Notes: generated by a model from the sequence alone, not told the origin. Counted from the first letter of the stretch, positions 16,231 through 29,094 are shown. The stretch is 64,000 nucleotides of DNA from Octopus bimaculoides (GCF_001194135.2 NC_068989.1:32277380-32341379); one strand, 5' to 3'. A program made the numbers and translations.

Positions 16231-16547
16231 TCATCCTTTCTTCTAAAAATAATTTTTTCATATCATTGAAATCTCCAAGCTACAAGATAGTGCATGATTA
16301 ACCCTTTTGTTACTATATTTCTAACTAAAAAAACACCCCTGATGAGTTTCAATTAAATTCTAAAATAATCACGAATTTAGACTGGTTACATTAAACAACT
16401 CTAACTTGACATATTAACATGAGTTTTGGAACACAATTGAAGAAACGCTTCTTAATTCTATTGCGTAACTTATGTCTCAAATGACTCAAATTGCAGGTAC
16501 ATACAGGTAAGTTCAGCAAAATATAAAAATATATAAATTTTGTTTAA

Positions 16548-19212
16548 CCCTTTCGTTACTATATTTCTGACCCTCATGAATTTCAATTAAATTCTAAAAT
16601 AATCATGAATTTAGACTAGTCTCATTAAACACCTGTAACTTTTTTATTTATCAACATATTAATGTGATATTTGGAACATAATTGAAGAAAGGCTTCTTAA
16701 TCAATTCTATTGCATAATTTTTGTCTCAAAGTGACTCTAATTACAGATAAATCCAGGTAAACTGAGCAAAATGTAAAAATATTTAAATTTTGTTTAAACA
16801 TTACCATAGAAAATGTGTCATCAGCTAATATTTAATTGGGTATGCAACAAAATTTTGATATAGAAGACTTGTGCACATCACTAGGTTATCAATTGAATTT
16901 AATGCACAGAAGAACAGGTGTACCATAAAGGTAAAATAAACTGAAATACTGGAATTTCATTTTGAAGAAAACTAGAAAATTGAATACAACTAAATGAAAT
17001 ATACTCACACATACATAAATACACAGGGACATATATAATAAAGATTTACAATAGAAATTAAATCAAAACTTGTCACTCACCTTACAGGTAAATGAAAATC
17101 ACAGGTTAATTAACATTACAGGTAAATTAAAATAAAAAGTAAAACTAAGTAAATTTGAGAAATATTTATACAATCTTATTATATATGTATATACAAAAAA
17201 TATTTACGCAATATTTCTATCATGGAAAGTTGTAAAACATCCCACTCTACATACTGCAACCTTGCAGAATGCACATTGGAAAGACGTTTCAACTGGCCGT
17301 CCACTGGGAGTTTTTCTTTGTTGATCTAGACATTCACGGCACTACCTTTTGCAACCCCCAATTTTTTTCTAATTTATGTAGATCAGCTGAACTCAGAGGG
17401 ATATCTTTCTAGCAGGCTTTGCTTTTCCTTCCTGCAGTTATTTGTTTGGAGGAATAACCTGCCCTCAACTGCGTTGCTAAAACTGCTCGGAACTGCAGAT
17501 GGTCACACTGCTTGCGAACTCCTCCTGATTTGGTATATAATATGAATGCATTTACAATGCTCATGTTTACTATATATCAAATAAGGTATCGCCACCATTT
17601 ATTACCTGGTCTGCCAACCAGATAATAACTCATAACCTGGTTCAGTTGATCCACACTGCCCATGTACCTGTTATAATTAAGGTTCACAAACAGGGTGCCA
17701 TTTTCATCTTCACATGGTTGTGCACCGGTAGATAGAAAATTTATCTGCCTCTTATCTCTGTATGCGGTCGCTAGCAGATTTCCTTTCTGGTGTTGGATTA
17801 TTTCATCTCTTGTTTTAAATTTTGCCTTTTTTATATCCAACAGCAGTCCTTTTCTACTAGCCATTATTGTAGCACACATATACATTGTCACAGCTTCTAA
17901 ATTCACCGCAAGTTTGACTGAACTAAAAGATCGGTCAAAAAATAATATACGGCCCTGGTTATGGTATGGAAGTGATAAATTCCAGACCACATCGTACCTT
18001 AGGCCATGCTGACTAACATTATTGTCTCTTTTCTCTGTATAAAAACTAAATCCACAGCAGTACCCAGTATTTGCCTCACAAATTTTCCAAACTTTGATCT
18101 CCCATTTTGTGGGCTTTCCTGGCATATACTGTCGGAAGCGTACCCTTCCATTATACCCCACCATGCTCTCATCGACGGATAAGTATCTCTCAGGCTTGTA
18201 AAATGTTTTATATGCATTTTGAACGCAGTTGATGAGGGGTCTTATTTTAAATAAGGGATCAAAGCTTGGTTCTCCACGTACTGGGGTACTGCTAGTGTCT
18301 CTCACATGTAAATATTGATTCAGCTTCACGAATTGTACTCTCGTCATAATACTGGAAACATACTGATCGCCAGAAGGTTCCTGATTGCTCCAGTAATTTG
18401 TTATTCTGGGTAATTGTCTAATACCCATAATAATATTTATGGCAAAAAATGCCCGTATTTCATCTACGGTTGCAGGAAACCACAAGCTATCTTTTTTTCC
18501 GGCTTGTTTACATTCTGCGTAACGGTTTGTTTCCACAGTAATCATATCAAACAAGCATGTTGGAAAAAATAAGAAAAAGAAGTCTAAAGGTTTTGCTTCC
18601 TGAGAAAGACTATGGGNNNNNNNNNNNNNNNNNNNNNNNNNNNNNNNNNNNNNNNNNNNNNNNNNNNNNNNNNNNNNNNNNNNNNNNNNNNNNNNNNNNN
18701 NNNNNNNNNNNNNNNNNNNNNNNNNNAGACCCTGTCTCCTCAGAAAAATTGATAATAAAAATATTTTTAAAATCATTACTCCATTCTGGTGTAAAATCAT
18801 CCTCGCTGCTTTCAGTTTCAGATACAGAAATATCCGATTCATTTTCGTTCACCACATGCTTTTGTAGCTCATTCATTTCTTTTCTTCGATATCTCCATAT
18901 CTTCGGTTGAAAAAACCTTCAAATTCGGAATCACTGCTTGATAGCATGAAACTCCTCTCCATCTTCAAAGTTGAAAAAAATTAACGCCGCAAAAAATGTG
19001 GAAAAAAATCTTCCAAAATTCACTGAGTTCAAATATCACGCCAAACAATGTTGGATACAATAACTCAGCTGTTTGCAAAGTGAAATCACGTGTTTTAACG
19101 AATGTACTAACGAGATTTGGGTTCAAATATACATTTAAATAACAATGGGTACTCTCGGCCGGCTTGGTTTTATGAACCAAAAAATTTTTCGGCCGGCTTA
19201 GTAACGAAAGGG
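16548..19212 (-). mobile_element. piggyBac copy B (inner, younger, full length 2.67 kb)
   Basis: Perfect 14-bp TIR ccctttcgttacta / tagtaacgaaaggg. TTAA target duplication at 16544-16547 and 19213-19216. Confidence 0.95.
17204..18962 (-). pseudogene. piggyBac (PGBD4-like) transposase of copy B, with a few frameshifts and stops
   Basis: Acidic N-terminus MERSFMLSSSDSEFEG. Catalytic-region motifs LSVDESM, FFDRSFSS and MGSVDQLNQ. C-terminal Cys-rich domain CRECLD...QCAFCKVAVCRVGCFTTFH, stop at 17204. Confidence 0.92.
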
Positions 19213-19681
19213 TTAAACATCACCATAGAAAATGAGTCATCAGCTAATATTCAACTGGGTATGCAACAAACTTTTAATATAGAAGAATTGTGCACATCAC
19301 TATATTATCAGTTGAATTTAATGCACATAAGAATAGGTGTACCGTAAAATAAAAGGAAATTCTGGAATTTGTTTTTGAAGAAAACTAGAAAATGAAATAA
19401 ACTCACACACATACATGAATGCACAGAAACATATATAATAAAGATTTACAATAGAAATTAAATCAAAATGTTTACTCACCTTACAGGCAAATTAAAATTA
19501 CAGGTAAATTAAAAGTACAGGTAATATGCTGAATTTAGAGGGATATTTGTCTGGCAGGCTTTGGTTTTCCTTCCTACTGTTATTTTTAGAACAATAACCT
19601 ACCCTCAGCTGTGTTGTTACTTCTGCTCAGAACTGCAGATGGTCGCACCACTTTCAAGCCCCTTCTGATTTGGTATATAAT

Positions 19682-20194
19682 CATTCTCCTCGTTTAATGT
19701 CCATGCTGGCATGGGTTGGACAGTTTGACCAGGGTTGGCAAGCTGGAAGGCTGCACCAGACTCCAGTCTGATTTGGCATGGTTTCTACAGCTGGATGCCC
19801 TTCCTAGTGCCAACCACTCCAAGAGTGTAATGGGTGATTTTATGTGCCACCAGTATCTGCCACAACTATGATTTTACTTGGCTTGATGGATCTTCTCAAG
19901 CATAGCATAATGCCAAAGGTCTTGGTCATTCATCATTGCCTCCCTGTGGCTCAACAACCGAAAGGTGCTTTTTCATATACAACCTTGCCTCTGAGGCCCA
20001 CCTCTCAAAAGGTGTTTTTTATGTGCCACCAGCACAGGTACTTTGTTATGTCCAACTTCTCTCTCAAGATGCTTACACCCTGTTGCATATGCACACTGAC
20101 ATTGCACATCCAGCAAAACATACTGGCTTCATTTCTTTCAAGCCTATACATGTCCTCGGATGTTATAGCCTGTTTCACTGCCTTGTAGCATAGC
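19682..20194 (-). mobile_element. RTE 3' end inserted in piggyBac A
   Basis: Antisense tail cattctcctcgtttaatgtccatgctggcatgggttgg. ORF end EASMFCWMCNVSVH. Possible short ataat duplication. Confidence 0.85.
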
Positions 20195-20230
20195 ATAATA
20201 TAAATGCATTTACAGTACTTATATTTACTA

Positions 20231-21597
20231 CTAGCAGAAATACCCGGCTTTGCCCAGGTTAAAGAGAATAATGAAATCTAAAAACGCTGTCTAGACTACG
20301 CAACCCTCAACTGTTAGTAGCTACGATACCATATTTCTACATTAATAACTCTCCAATCCATGCCAGCATGGAACATAGACATTAAGTGGAATGCCAGTCT
20401 CTCATCTGGGAAGGCCTTGAAATCAATGTTACCAACTGGGGACTATGTGTGTCGCAGTGATAATAAAAAAACTCAAGGGAGGTCTGCAACGAAATAATTT
20501 TACTCAACACTTTGCAAGTGAATCAGTGGAGGCAAAGATGCATCTCATTTACTTGACAATTTATGCACCACATTGCAGAAATCACAATGTAAGTATATCT
20601 GAAAGGGTAGTCTTACACTGTTGTACCGNNNNNNNNNNNNNNNNNNNNNNNNNNNNNNNNNNNNNNNNNNNNNNNNNNNNNNNNNNNNNNNNNNNNNNNN
20701 NNNNNNNNNNNNNNNNNNNNNNNNNNNNNNNNNNNNNNNNNNNNNNNNNNNNNNNNNNNNNNNNNNNNNNNNNNNNNNNNNNNNNNNNNNNNNNNNNNNN
20801 NNNNNNNNNNNNNNNNNNNNNNNNNNNNNNNNNNNNNNNNNNNNNNNNNNNNNNNNNNNNNNNNNNNNNNNNNNNNNNNNNNNNNNNNNNNNNNNNNNNN
20901 NNNNNNNNNNNNNNNNNNNNNNNNNNNNNNNNNNNNNNNNNNNNNNNNNNNNNNNNNNNNNNNNNNNNNNNNNNNNNNNNNNNNNNNNNNNNNNNNNNNN
21001 NNNNNNNNNNNNNNNNNNNNNNNNNNNNNNNNNNNNNNNNNNNNNNNNNNNNNNNNNNNNNNNNNNNNNNNNNNNNNNNNNNNNNNNNNNNNNNNNNNNN
21101 NNNNNNNNNNNNNNNNNNNNNNNNNNNNNNNNNNNNNNNNNNNNNNNNNNNNNNNNNNNNNNNNNNNNNNNNNNNNNNNNNNNNNNNNNNNNNNNNNNNN
21201 NNNNNNNNNNNNNNNNNNNNNNNNNNNNNNNNNNNNNNNAATAACGTGTACATATACATCTCTCTCTTTCTCTCTCTCTCTGAAAGTATCTGTCATTACA
21301 GTATCGAAATGTGATTGTTTCAGTTTGTGGAACAGTTTCATTTTTAAAGTGAAAGTATTTGACATGAGTGTTTTTGTTTCACTTTTGACACGTAATACTT
21401 AAATAGTGGAGGAGATATTATGTTGCCGTGGGCTTGAACTCTGCAAGAAGTTAAAAAAATTTTTTGACTAAAACACAACTGGAACCCTAAGTAAGGCATC
21501 TGTAAAATTTGAATGAAATTGGTTGCGTAGTTCTCGAGTTTTAGGGATTCATACACACACAGACAGACACACACATTCTCATTTTTATATATATAGA
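20231..21597 (-). mobile_element. Non-autonomous Helitron inserted in piggyBac A (contains an N gap)
   Basis: On the minus strand it starts TC(TATATATATAAAAATG) and ends with hairpin cctgggcaaagccggg plus tatttctgCTAG. It sits between A and T with no duplication; removing it restores tttacta|tatacc as in copy C. Confidence 0.88.
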
Positions 21598-21732
21598 TAT
21601 ACCATACCCGGTATCACCACCATTTATTACCTGGTCTACCAAACAGATAATTACTCATCATCTGATTCAGTCAATATATACTGCCCATGTACCTGTTATA
21701 ATTGAGGTTCACAAACGGGGTGCCATTTTCAT

Positions 21733-24189
21733 AGAAGGCAACTGGGAATTCCTGCGAGACAGCTTTTGAGCACTGCAGACAAAATTTGTGGCTGGTGCAA
21801 AGTCCCTTCCAGGCCTAGGGTAACGTAGTGGTGGAAAAATACTGTTGACAGGGCCATTAGAGCAAAGAAACGGGCCTGGAAGTGTGGGGATGGCAGAGAA
21901 CTGTATCAGATAGCCAGAAGGGAAGCTAGGCGACAGGTATATATAGCCAGTGTTCAGCGTCGTGAGTACCAAGTCTTTTGCAAGACAGTGTGCGAGAGAA
22001 AACCGTGATTTCATCGGAGAGAAATGTGTCCGCATGGATGAAGATGCACTTACATTTAATGATTCTTCAATGAAAGTGACTTGGAGATGCCATTGTGAAA
22101 GACTGCTGAATGTGGAGAATGAATGGGAGGAGGAGAATCTGCCAAAGGTTGACCCAATTGAAGGATCAGCTATTCGAATCGACTGTACCCAGGTAGATAA
22201 AGCAATTAAGGATATGAAGATGGGGAAAGCACCTGGCCCATCAGAAATCACTGCTGGGATGCTTAAAATATTGGGCAGCGTGGATTATGGTGTAGTTACC
22301 CACATCATAAATGAAGTAGTTCATGGAGTCATACCCAGTGACTGGTGTGGCAGCACCGTAGTCAACTGCTACAAAGGTAAAAGTGATGCTTTAGATAGAA
22401 ATTGACAGGGTTTCAAATTATTGGATCAGATGATGAAAGTTACAGAGAGGGTCATAGCCCAACTAATTAGGGAGAGAGTTAGCCTTGATGAGATGCTATA
22501 TTTCTGGTAAGGCAACTGCAGGAGAAATACCTAGCCAAAGATAAACCTCTGTACTTTGTTGACTTGGAGAAAGGCTTTGACAGGGTCCTCCAATCCATTA
22601 TCTGGTGGTCATTGTGGAAACTAGAGATAGACAAGTGGTTGGTAAGAGCCGTACAGGGATGCTGTCAGTAAGGTTAGGGTCGGCAACAAGTATAGTGAAG
22701 AATTCCATGTAGAAGTAGGGGTCCACCAAGGATCAGTCCTCATCCCCCTCTTATTCATCATAGTCCTTCAGGCAATAACAAAGAAATTCAAGACAAGATA
22801 CGCCTGGGAGCTCCTCTCATGCTGATGACCTTGCTGTAATAGCTGAATCACTACCTGAACTAAAGATGAAGTTTAGGGTGTGGAAGCAAGGTCAAGAATC
22901 AAAGGGCCTTAAAGTCAACCTAGCAAAAACCAAAGTCCTAGTACATAGGAAGGCAGACAAATCACAAACCCCTTCTGGTAGATGGCCCTGCTTGATCTGT
23001 AGAAAAGGCATGGGTAGAAACTCATAAGATGTATCTGGCTTAAGCTATGGACACATAAGAGGTGCAGCAATATCAATGGAAGGTTAACCAGGAAGATAGT
23101 TTTTGTGTGTGGCAGATGCACAGGGACAATAAACACAGAAAATGTACGGAAAACAGATTCCATCATATGCCAGAGGGAAAAACTACAAGTAGTTGATATC
23201 TTCCGCCACCTAGGCCACCAAGTCTGTAGTGGTGGTGGGTTCTCTGAGAGCATAGCAGCTAGAATAAGAATAGCCTGGCAAAGTTCAGAGGCTCCTACCT
23301 CTGCTGGCAACTATGAGCCTATTGTTCAGGGTGAAAGGTAGACTGTATGATGCATGTGTGTGAACTGCCATGCTACATGGCAGTGAAACATGGGCCATGA
23401 CTGTTGAGGACATAGGCTTGAAAGGAGATGGAGCTTGTATGATCTACTGGATGTATAATGTCAGTGTACATACACGACAGAGTGTAAGCATCCTGAGAGA
23501 AAAGTTGGACATAAGAAGTATCAAATGTGGGCAAGAGAGACAGCTGCACTGGTATGGTCATGTGTTACATATGAATGAGGACAGCTGTGTGAGGAAGTGC
23601 CACACCCTAACAGTGGAAGGAACCTCTGGAAGAGGTAAACCCAGGAAGACCTGGGATGAGGTGGTGAAGCAGGACTTTGAATGTTGGACCTCACAGAGGC
23701 AATGACAAGAGACCAAGACCTTTGGAGATATGCTGTGATTGAGAAGACCCGGCAACTAAAGTGAGATTACAGCCATGGCTGATACCAGTGTTGCATGATT
23801 GGCCCATTTAAAAGTACCCTTGAAGCGTTGGATGATATGATATGCTTGAGAAGACTTGTTGAGTCAAGTGAAATCGAAATCGTAACTGTGGCCAGTGGCA
23901 TGTAAAAAGCACCATCTGAACGTGGTCAATGCCAGTGCTCCCTGACTGGCTCCTGTGCTGGTAGCATGTAAAAAGCACCATCTGAACATGTTCGATGCCA
24001 GTACCCACTGACTACACATGTGCTGGTGGCACATAAAAAGCACCCACTACACTCTGAGTGGTTGGCATTAGTAAGGGCATCCAGCTGTGGAAACATTGAC
24101 AGATCAGATTGGAGTCTGGTGCAGCCCACTAGCTTGCCAGGCCATCCAACCTATGCCTGCATGGAAAGCAGACATTAAACAATGATGAC
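21733..24189 (+). mobile_element. RTE LINE, 5'-truncated (linker, RT, PHD-like finger, 3'UTR), inserted in piggyBac A transposase
   Basis: Motifs KAPGPSEI, YKGKSD, DLEKGFD, GVHQGSVL, (Y)ADDLA, MLHGSETW and GKPRKTW. The 3'UTR ends gacattaaacaatgatgac. Host sequence ttttcat|...|tggttgtgca is contiguous in copy B. Confidence 0.93.
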
Positions 24190-24929
24190 AAAGTGGTTGT
24201 GCATAGGCAGATAGAAAATTTATCTGCCTCTTATCTCTATGTGGTTGCTAGCAGAATCGGTTAAAAAAGTAATATATGGCCCTGGTTATGGTATGGAAGT
24301 GATAAATTCCAGACCACATTGTACCCTGTGCCATGTTGACTTACATTGTTGTCCCTTTTCCCAGTATAAAAACTAAACCCACACTCTGTATTTGCTTCAC
24401 AAATTTTCCCAACTTAAACGTACCCTACCATTATACCCCACCATGCCTTCATCAATGGATAGGTATCTATCAGGGTTGTAAAGTGTTTTATATGTGTTTT
24501 GAATGCAGTCAATGAAGGATCTTACTTTAAATAAGGGATCAAAGTTTGGCTCTCCATATACTGGGGTACTGCTAATGTCTCTCATGAAAATATTCTTTCA
24601 ATTGTATAAATTGTCCTTGTCATAATATTGTAAACATACTGGTCTCCGAAAGGTTCATGATTACTCCAGTAATTTGTAATTCTGGGTAATTTTCTTATAC
24701 TCATGATAATATTTATGGCAAAAAATGCTTGTATTTCTTCTACGCTTGTGGGAAACCACAAGCTATCTTTTGTTTTCTTTTTTTCAGTTTGTTTACTTTC
24801 TGTATAACAGCTTGTTTCCGCAGTAATTGCTTCAAACAAGCTTACTGGGGTGTGAGGAAGTCTAATGGTTTTGATTTCTGAGAGAGACTGAGTAGGTCCA
24901 GTCTCTTTTGAAAAATCGTTGACAAAATA

Positions 24930-25305
24930 GGCGCAGGAGTGGCTGTGTGGTAACTAGCTTGCTTACCAACCACATGGTTCCAGGTTCATTCCCACTGCGT
25001 GGCACCTTGGGCAAGTGTCTTCTACTATAGCCTCGGGCCGACCAAAGCCTTGTGAGTGGATTTGGTAGACAGAAACTGAAAGAAGCCCGTCGTATATATG
25101 TGTCTGTATGTATGTATGCGTGTGTGTGTGTCCCCAGCATCGCTTGACAACCGATGGTGGTGTGTTTACATCCCCGTAACTTAGCGGTTTGGCAAAAGAG
25201 ACCGATAGAATAAGTACTAGGCTTCCAAAGAATAAGTCCTGGGGTCGATTTGCTCGACTAAAAGGCGGTGCTCCAGCATGGCTGCAGTCAAATGACTGAA
25301 AGAAG
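24930..25305 (+). mobile_element. tRNA-derived SINE inserted in piggyBac A
   Basis: Same family as 13799-14186. Its end runs into an N gap. Possible aaaata duplication. Confidence 0.9.
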
Positions 25306-25861
25306 NNNNNNNNNNNNNNNNNNNNNNNNNNNNNNNNNNNNNNNNNNNNNNNNNNNNNNNNNNNNNNNNNNNNNNNAAAGAATAAAATAATTTTTAATTT
25401 CTTACTCCAGAATTGCTGCTTTCAGTTTCAAATACAGAAATATCAGATTTATTTTTGTACACATGCTATTGTAGTTCACACATACATTTGCTCAATTTCT
25501 CCATATTTTCTGTTGAAAGGCCCTCAAATTCAGAATCACTGCTTGATAGCATGAAACTGTTATCCATTTTAAAAGTTGAAAAAAAATCGCCACAGAAAAA
25601 AAAATGTAGAAAAATTCTCCCAAAATTCGCAGAGCTAAGATATCCTGTCAAACAATGTTGGATACTGTCACTCACCTATTTACAAAGTGAAATCATGTGT
25701 TTTCACAAATGTACTGAGATTTGTGCTGAAATTCACATTTAATTATTAATGGGTTCACTCAACTGGATTTTTCATCTGGGTTAGTATTGGAAGGGTTAAT
25801 TGAAGACAATGTGAATAAGTATTACATTTTACAAAGTAATCTGAATGCTAAATGGTTTAGA

Positions 25862-27075
25862 CCAGGGGTAGGAAAACATTTTAGTGTGGTGGGCAAAAAT
25901 TTCCAAAGAAAAAGGTCCACGGGCAGATCACAAGTATATATCTAGGTACAGTTCAATATACATTAATAAAGATAAGTTTAATACGTTAAATTAACACGTA
26001 ACATCTTCATTAACGCCACTGAATTTAAGACGTTTATATTACTTATGAGGCATTTCATATTTTTCAGCTAGAGTGTAGTTGGGTCTGAAGGGGTGGTACA
26101 AACCTAGCAATATGTGTTTTATAGTGAAAACAATATTTCTATTCAAATGGCAATTACCAAATCATTTTCTGTTCAAGTCTAACCGTTTTAAGTCATAGTG
26201 GAAACATAACCTATGTCGCAAATAAGTATGCGAATATTGTATAAATTTTATAATTGAAAAATTTAGTATATTTTGTACATACAAGAATATATTTGATCAT
26301 AGGCTTACTCAGTACGGACTAACTTGGTTTTAAGCATGTCAGTTCCAAGTTTTTTAAAATGCTTGTTGGTTATAATAATTTACTAATAATAGTTATTTTA
26401 ATCTCTAGTTTGATGAACCAAAAGCTTTGTCCTATTGCCTAACTGCTGAAGAAATTTCCCTTTTGTTTTGTTAGTTCTTCTGTTCTGAGTCCCTGAGCAG
26501 TAACTGCTAACTTGAATTCACTGAGAAGTATTGTTAACTAAGTTTGATTTTTTTTCTTCTTCATTATTGTGGCAAGCTCCCTTGTCGAAGCCAACAATGT
26601 TTTGAGAGAAACTGGCTAACATCCAATACACAAGTAATCCAAATAGACTCAAGTCAAATTCATAAAGTATGAAGACAAATTTTCTGACAAAGTTTGTTAC
26701 ATAAAGTAATTCATAATACAAATACTACTTTTGCCAACTTAAATTAAAAGAAAGATTGAACTATGCTACAATATGACCATAATGTATGCTCTGAACCTGA
26801 AAAGACCCTTTGTATTTAACTGCCACTGTCTGCTTTTCGTTGAGAGCAAGTAAATTCTTCATTAAGAAGTCTGTGAGCTTGTTGACCTACTGATATGTTG
26901 AGCTGTATTCACTAAGTCAATCCTTGGCAGAAACTGATCAGTGAATATCAGTAAGGTTTGAAAATGCTTTGTTGCATTAATGCCTGCCATCTTCAGAGTT
27001 GCAACATATTGCCTATAAAAGCCTTGTACCCATTTTTTTTTTTTAATGTTGCTTGATTCTAAAAAATGTAGCATT
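25862..27075 (-). mobile_element. Highly degenerate hAT (SPIN/GTF2IRD2-like) transposon relic
   Basis: caggggtaggaaaac terminus. Minus-strand peptides ...NATKHFQTL... and ...MLASFSQNIV... loosely resemble hAT C-terminal regions; judged by eye only. Confidence 0.35.
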
Positions 27076-27299
27076 TGGAATTAGTGAGCTAAGGTAATAC
27101 ATTAAATGGTAATTTCAAAATATTTGTGTTTAAAAAATTATATCATTATGGCATTCATTACTTACTTTGCAGAAGTATTTCTGAAAATTCCAAAATTCTG
27201 TTTCCTTAGGAATTGATTTAAATATTTCTATGATAATTACTGCTCAGTTGAAATTTATTTTATTACTCTATGAATTTCTCTTTTATTACTGAATTTCAG

Positions 27300-27361
27300 A
27301 AACCGCCTTTAAAGTTACCAGGTTTGTTGATTATAGATACACCTGGTCATGAATCATTTAG
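27300..27361 (+). CDS. EIF5B: eIF5B exon (KPPLKLPGLLIIDTPGHESFS)
   Basis: tttcag/gtaagt borders, 62 nt, G3 motif DTPG. Confidence 0.96.
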
Positions 27362-27612
27362 GTAAGTTGAAATATAGATTTATATTTAACTGCCATAATG
27401 CTAATGATATTACATTTAAGTTTAAAACAAAGAATAAAACTAAATTTATCAAATTTGATTTGAGAAAATCCTAGGCAATTTTACTATCTTGACTAAAAGT
27501 AGACTATAATGTTGTTTGGGCTAAATTTGACAGTATGCATAAAAGGAAAAGAAAACAATATTTCATACAAAAATAAAAGTATTATTTTAAAAAATCAAAA
27601 ATTATCAGCTAA

Positions 27613-28391
27613 ATTATTGCTGAGAGATAATAGTTAGCTCAAAGTAGCCACCCTCAGCTTCAACCATGACCCCAAGAGAGGTTCGGAACCTTGCACATGC
27701 AATCCTCACTGTGTCCTGAAGAAGACCTTCAAACACATCCTTGATCTTGGCCATCAGCTCAGCCTTGGTGCTGCACACAAAGTGGTTGGTGTCTCTCAAA
27801 TGTGCCCCACACAGTAATCCATGGGTCTACTATCGGGGGAATTAGAAGGCCAGAGATTGAGGCTGGTGAAATCATAGAAATTCTCCAACCACCACTTGAC
27901 TCTTTGTGGAGGTATGGCGAGGTGCTGAATCCTGCTGCCACACACATGGCCTTTCAACAGCAATTGTCTCCACCCAGGGTTTGACCAAAGTCTCCAGTAG
28001 CTTTACATAGCCATCTTGACTGAGCCTGAGGCTCTGCTCAAAGATGTGGGGCAGCATGACGTCGCCTTCACTGGAGACATACTTAAAGACTATCACTGTT
28101 TGGGAGAACTTGGTTTTTATGATGTCCATGTCACATCTTACAACCTCTAAAGTATTCCCAGAGCATTGGCAGCAGTCAGAATCTCAGCATTTTGATACCC
28201 AGCATGAATCATCTTGAAACAGGTAACTCTTTTCCAATATTCAGATGGCTTCTAGTCCTTGATGTCAGCTAACTTTTTTTCCATTACAATTTTAATCTTT
28301 ATGCTTTCCAATGCTATTGACTGTTCATCAATGTATCAAACTTTCCTAAAAAATGGAGACATAAATAGTCAGCAAATTCCTGAACACACTG
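27613..28391 (-). mobile_element. Tc1/mariner-superfamily (maT/DD37D-like) fragment
   Basis: VSSEGDVMLPHIF...VWQQDSAPRHTS and ...CARFRTSLGVMVEAEGGYFE. Terminus TA|cagtgtgttcagg at 28391. Confidence 0.75.
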
Positions 28392-29094
28392 TATATCACT
28401 TTCATTTTCATTAAATCTGTATTTAACTCATTTGATATCAATTTCTTGCAATTAGATCTCGTATTATAGCCTTCTGCACTATAATGTTAAGTTAATATTC
28501 AGTTGACAACTAAACCATTATCTTGAATGGTGTCTGCTAAAATTCTAATGGTCCTGTGATAGTTGCATATAAGAGTGAAACAACTGTTCCTTTTGGCACT
28601 AGGTGGTAATATGTCAAAATCTCTAGTAATGGAGGAAAATATAGATCAGTATTTTTTGGTTTAGAGATTCAAAAAATAATAAAAGAACTAGAAATGCTGA
28701 AGAATTAGGCTCAATGTTGTAGAAGTTGGAGGCAATCTAAGCTTTTATGCATGCATATCAGTTTATACATATTAATAAGACCGAGATAATTTTTTTTTAT
28801 AAAGGCACTTGTCATCCATATTTCCATACTTGCATGGGTGGGATCTTCAGTCAGAGTGAATACTTTTATAGCAGTTCCTATCATCAGACACCCAAATTAT
28901 GAAATAACTATTTGCTAGTCAAGCCAACTGAATTATAATAAGAAGAATATCAAATTGGCTAACTTGGAAGAATAGACAAAATTTGTTAATTGTTTTACAA
29001 GACACTTCTGGTTTTGTAATAACAATCAACACATTCAATATGACATTTGTTAATAGTTCCTGCAACATCATCAATGAAATTTAACTTATATTTA

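Larger units (their letters stand above)
16302..25795 (-). mobile_element. piggyBac copy A (older, outer), interrupted by five insertions
   Basis: TTAA|cccttttgttacta at 16298-16315 and tagtattggaaggg|TTAA at 25782-25799. Segments 16302-16547, 19217-19680, 20195-20230, 21598-21732, 24194-24929 and 25380-25795 are colinear with copies B and C. Transposase fragments such as DPLFKVRSF...LSIDEGM are present. Confidence 0.88.

Noticed and set aside
20445-21365. Long ORFs in the supplied track (also 42262-43603 and 58820-59845)
   Set aside because: They are open only because they cross N gaps (20629-21239, 42596-43354, 59184-59778). They are not genes.
24862-25140. Recurrent short ORFs (..RRASFSFCLPNPLTRLWSARGY.., also 13832, 45220, 60243) as a gene family
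   Set aside because: They are antisense translations of SINE copies.
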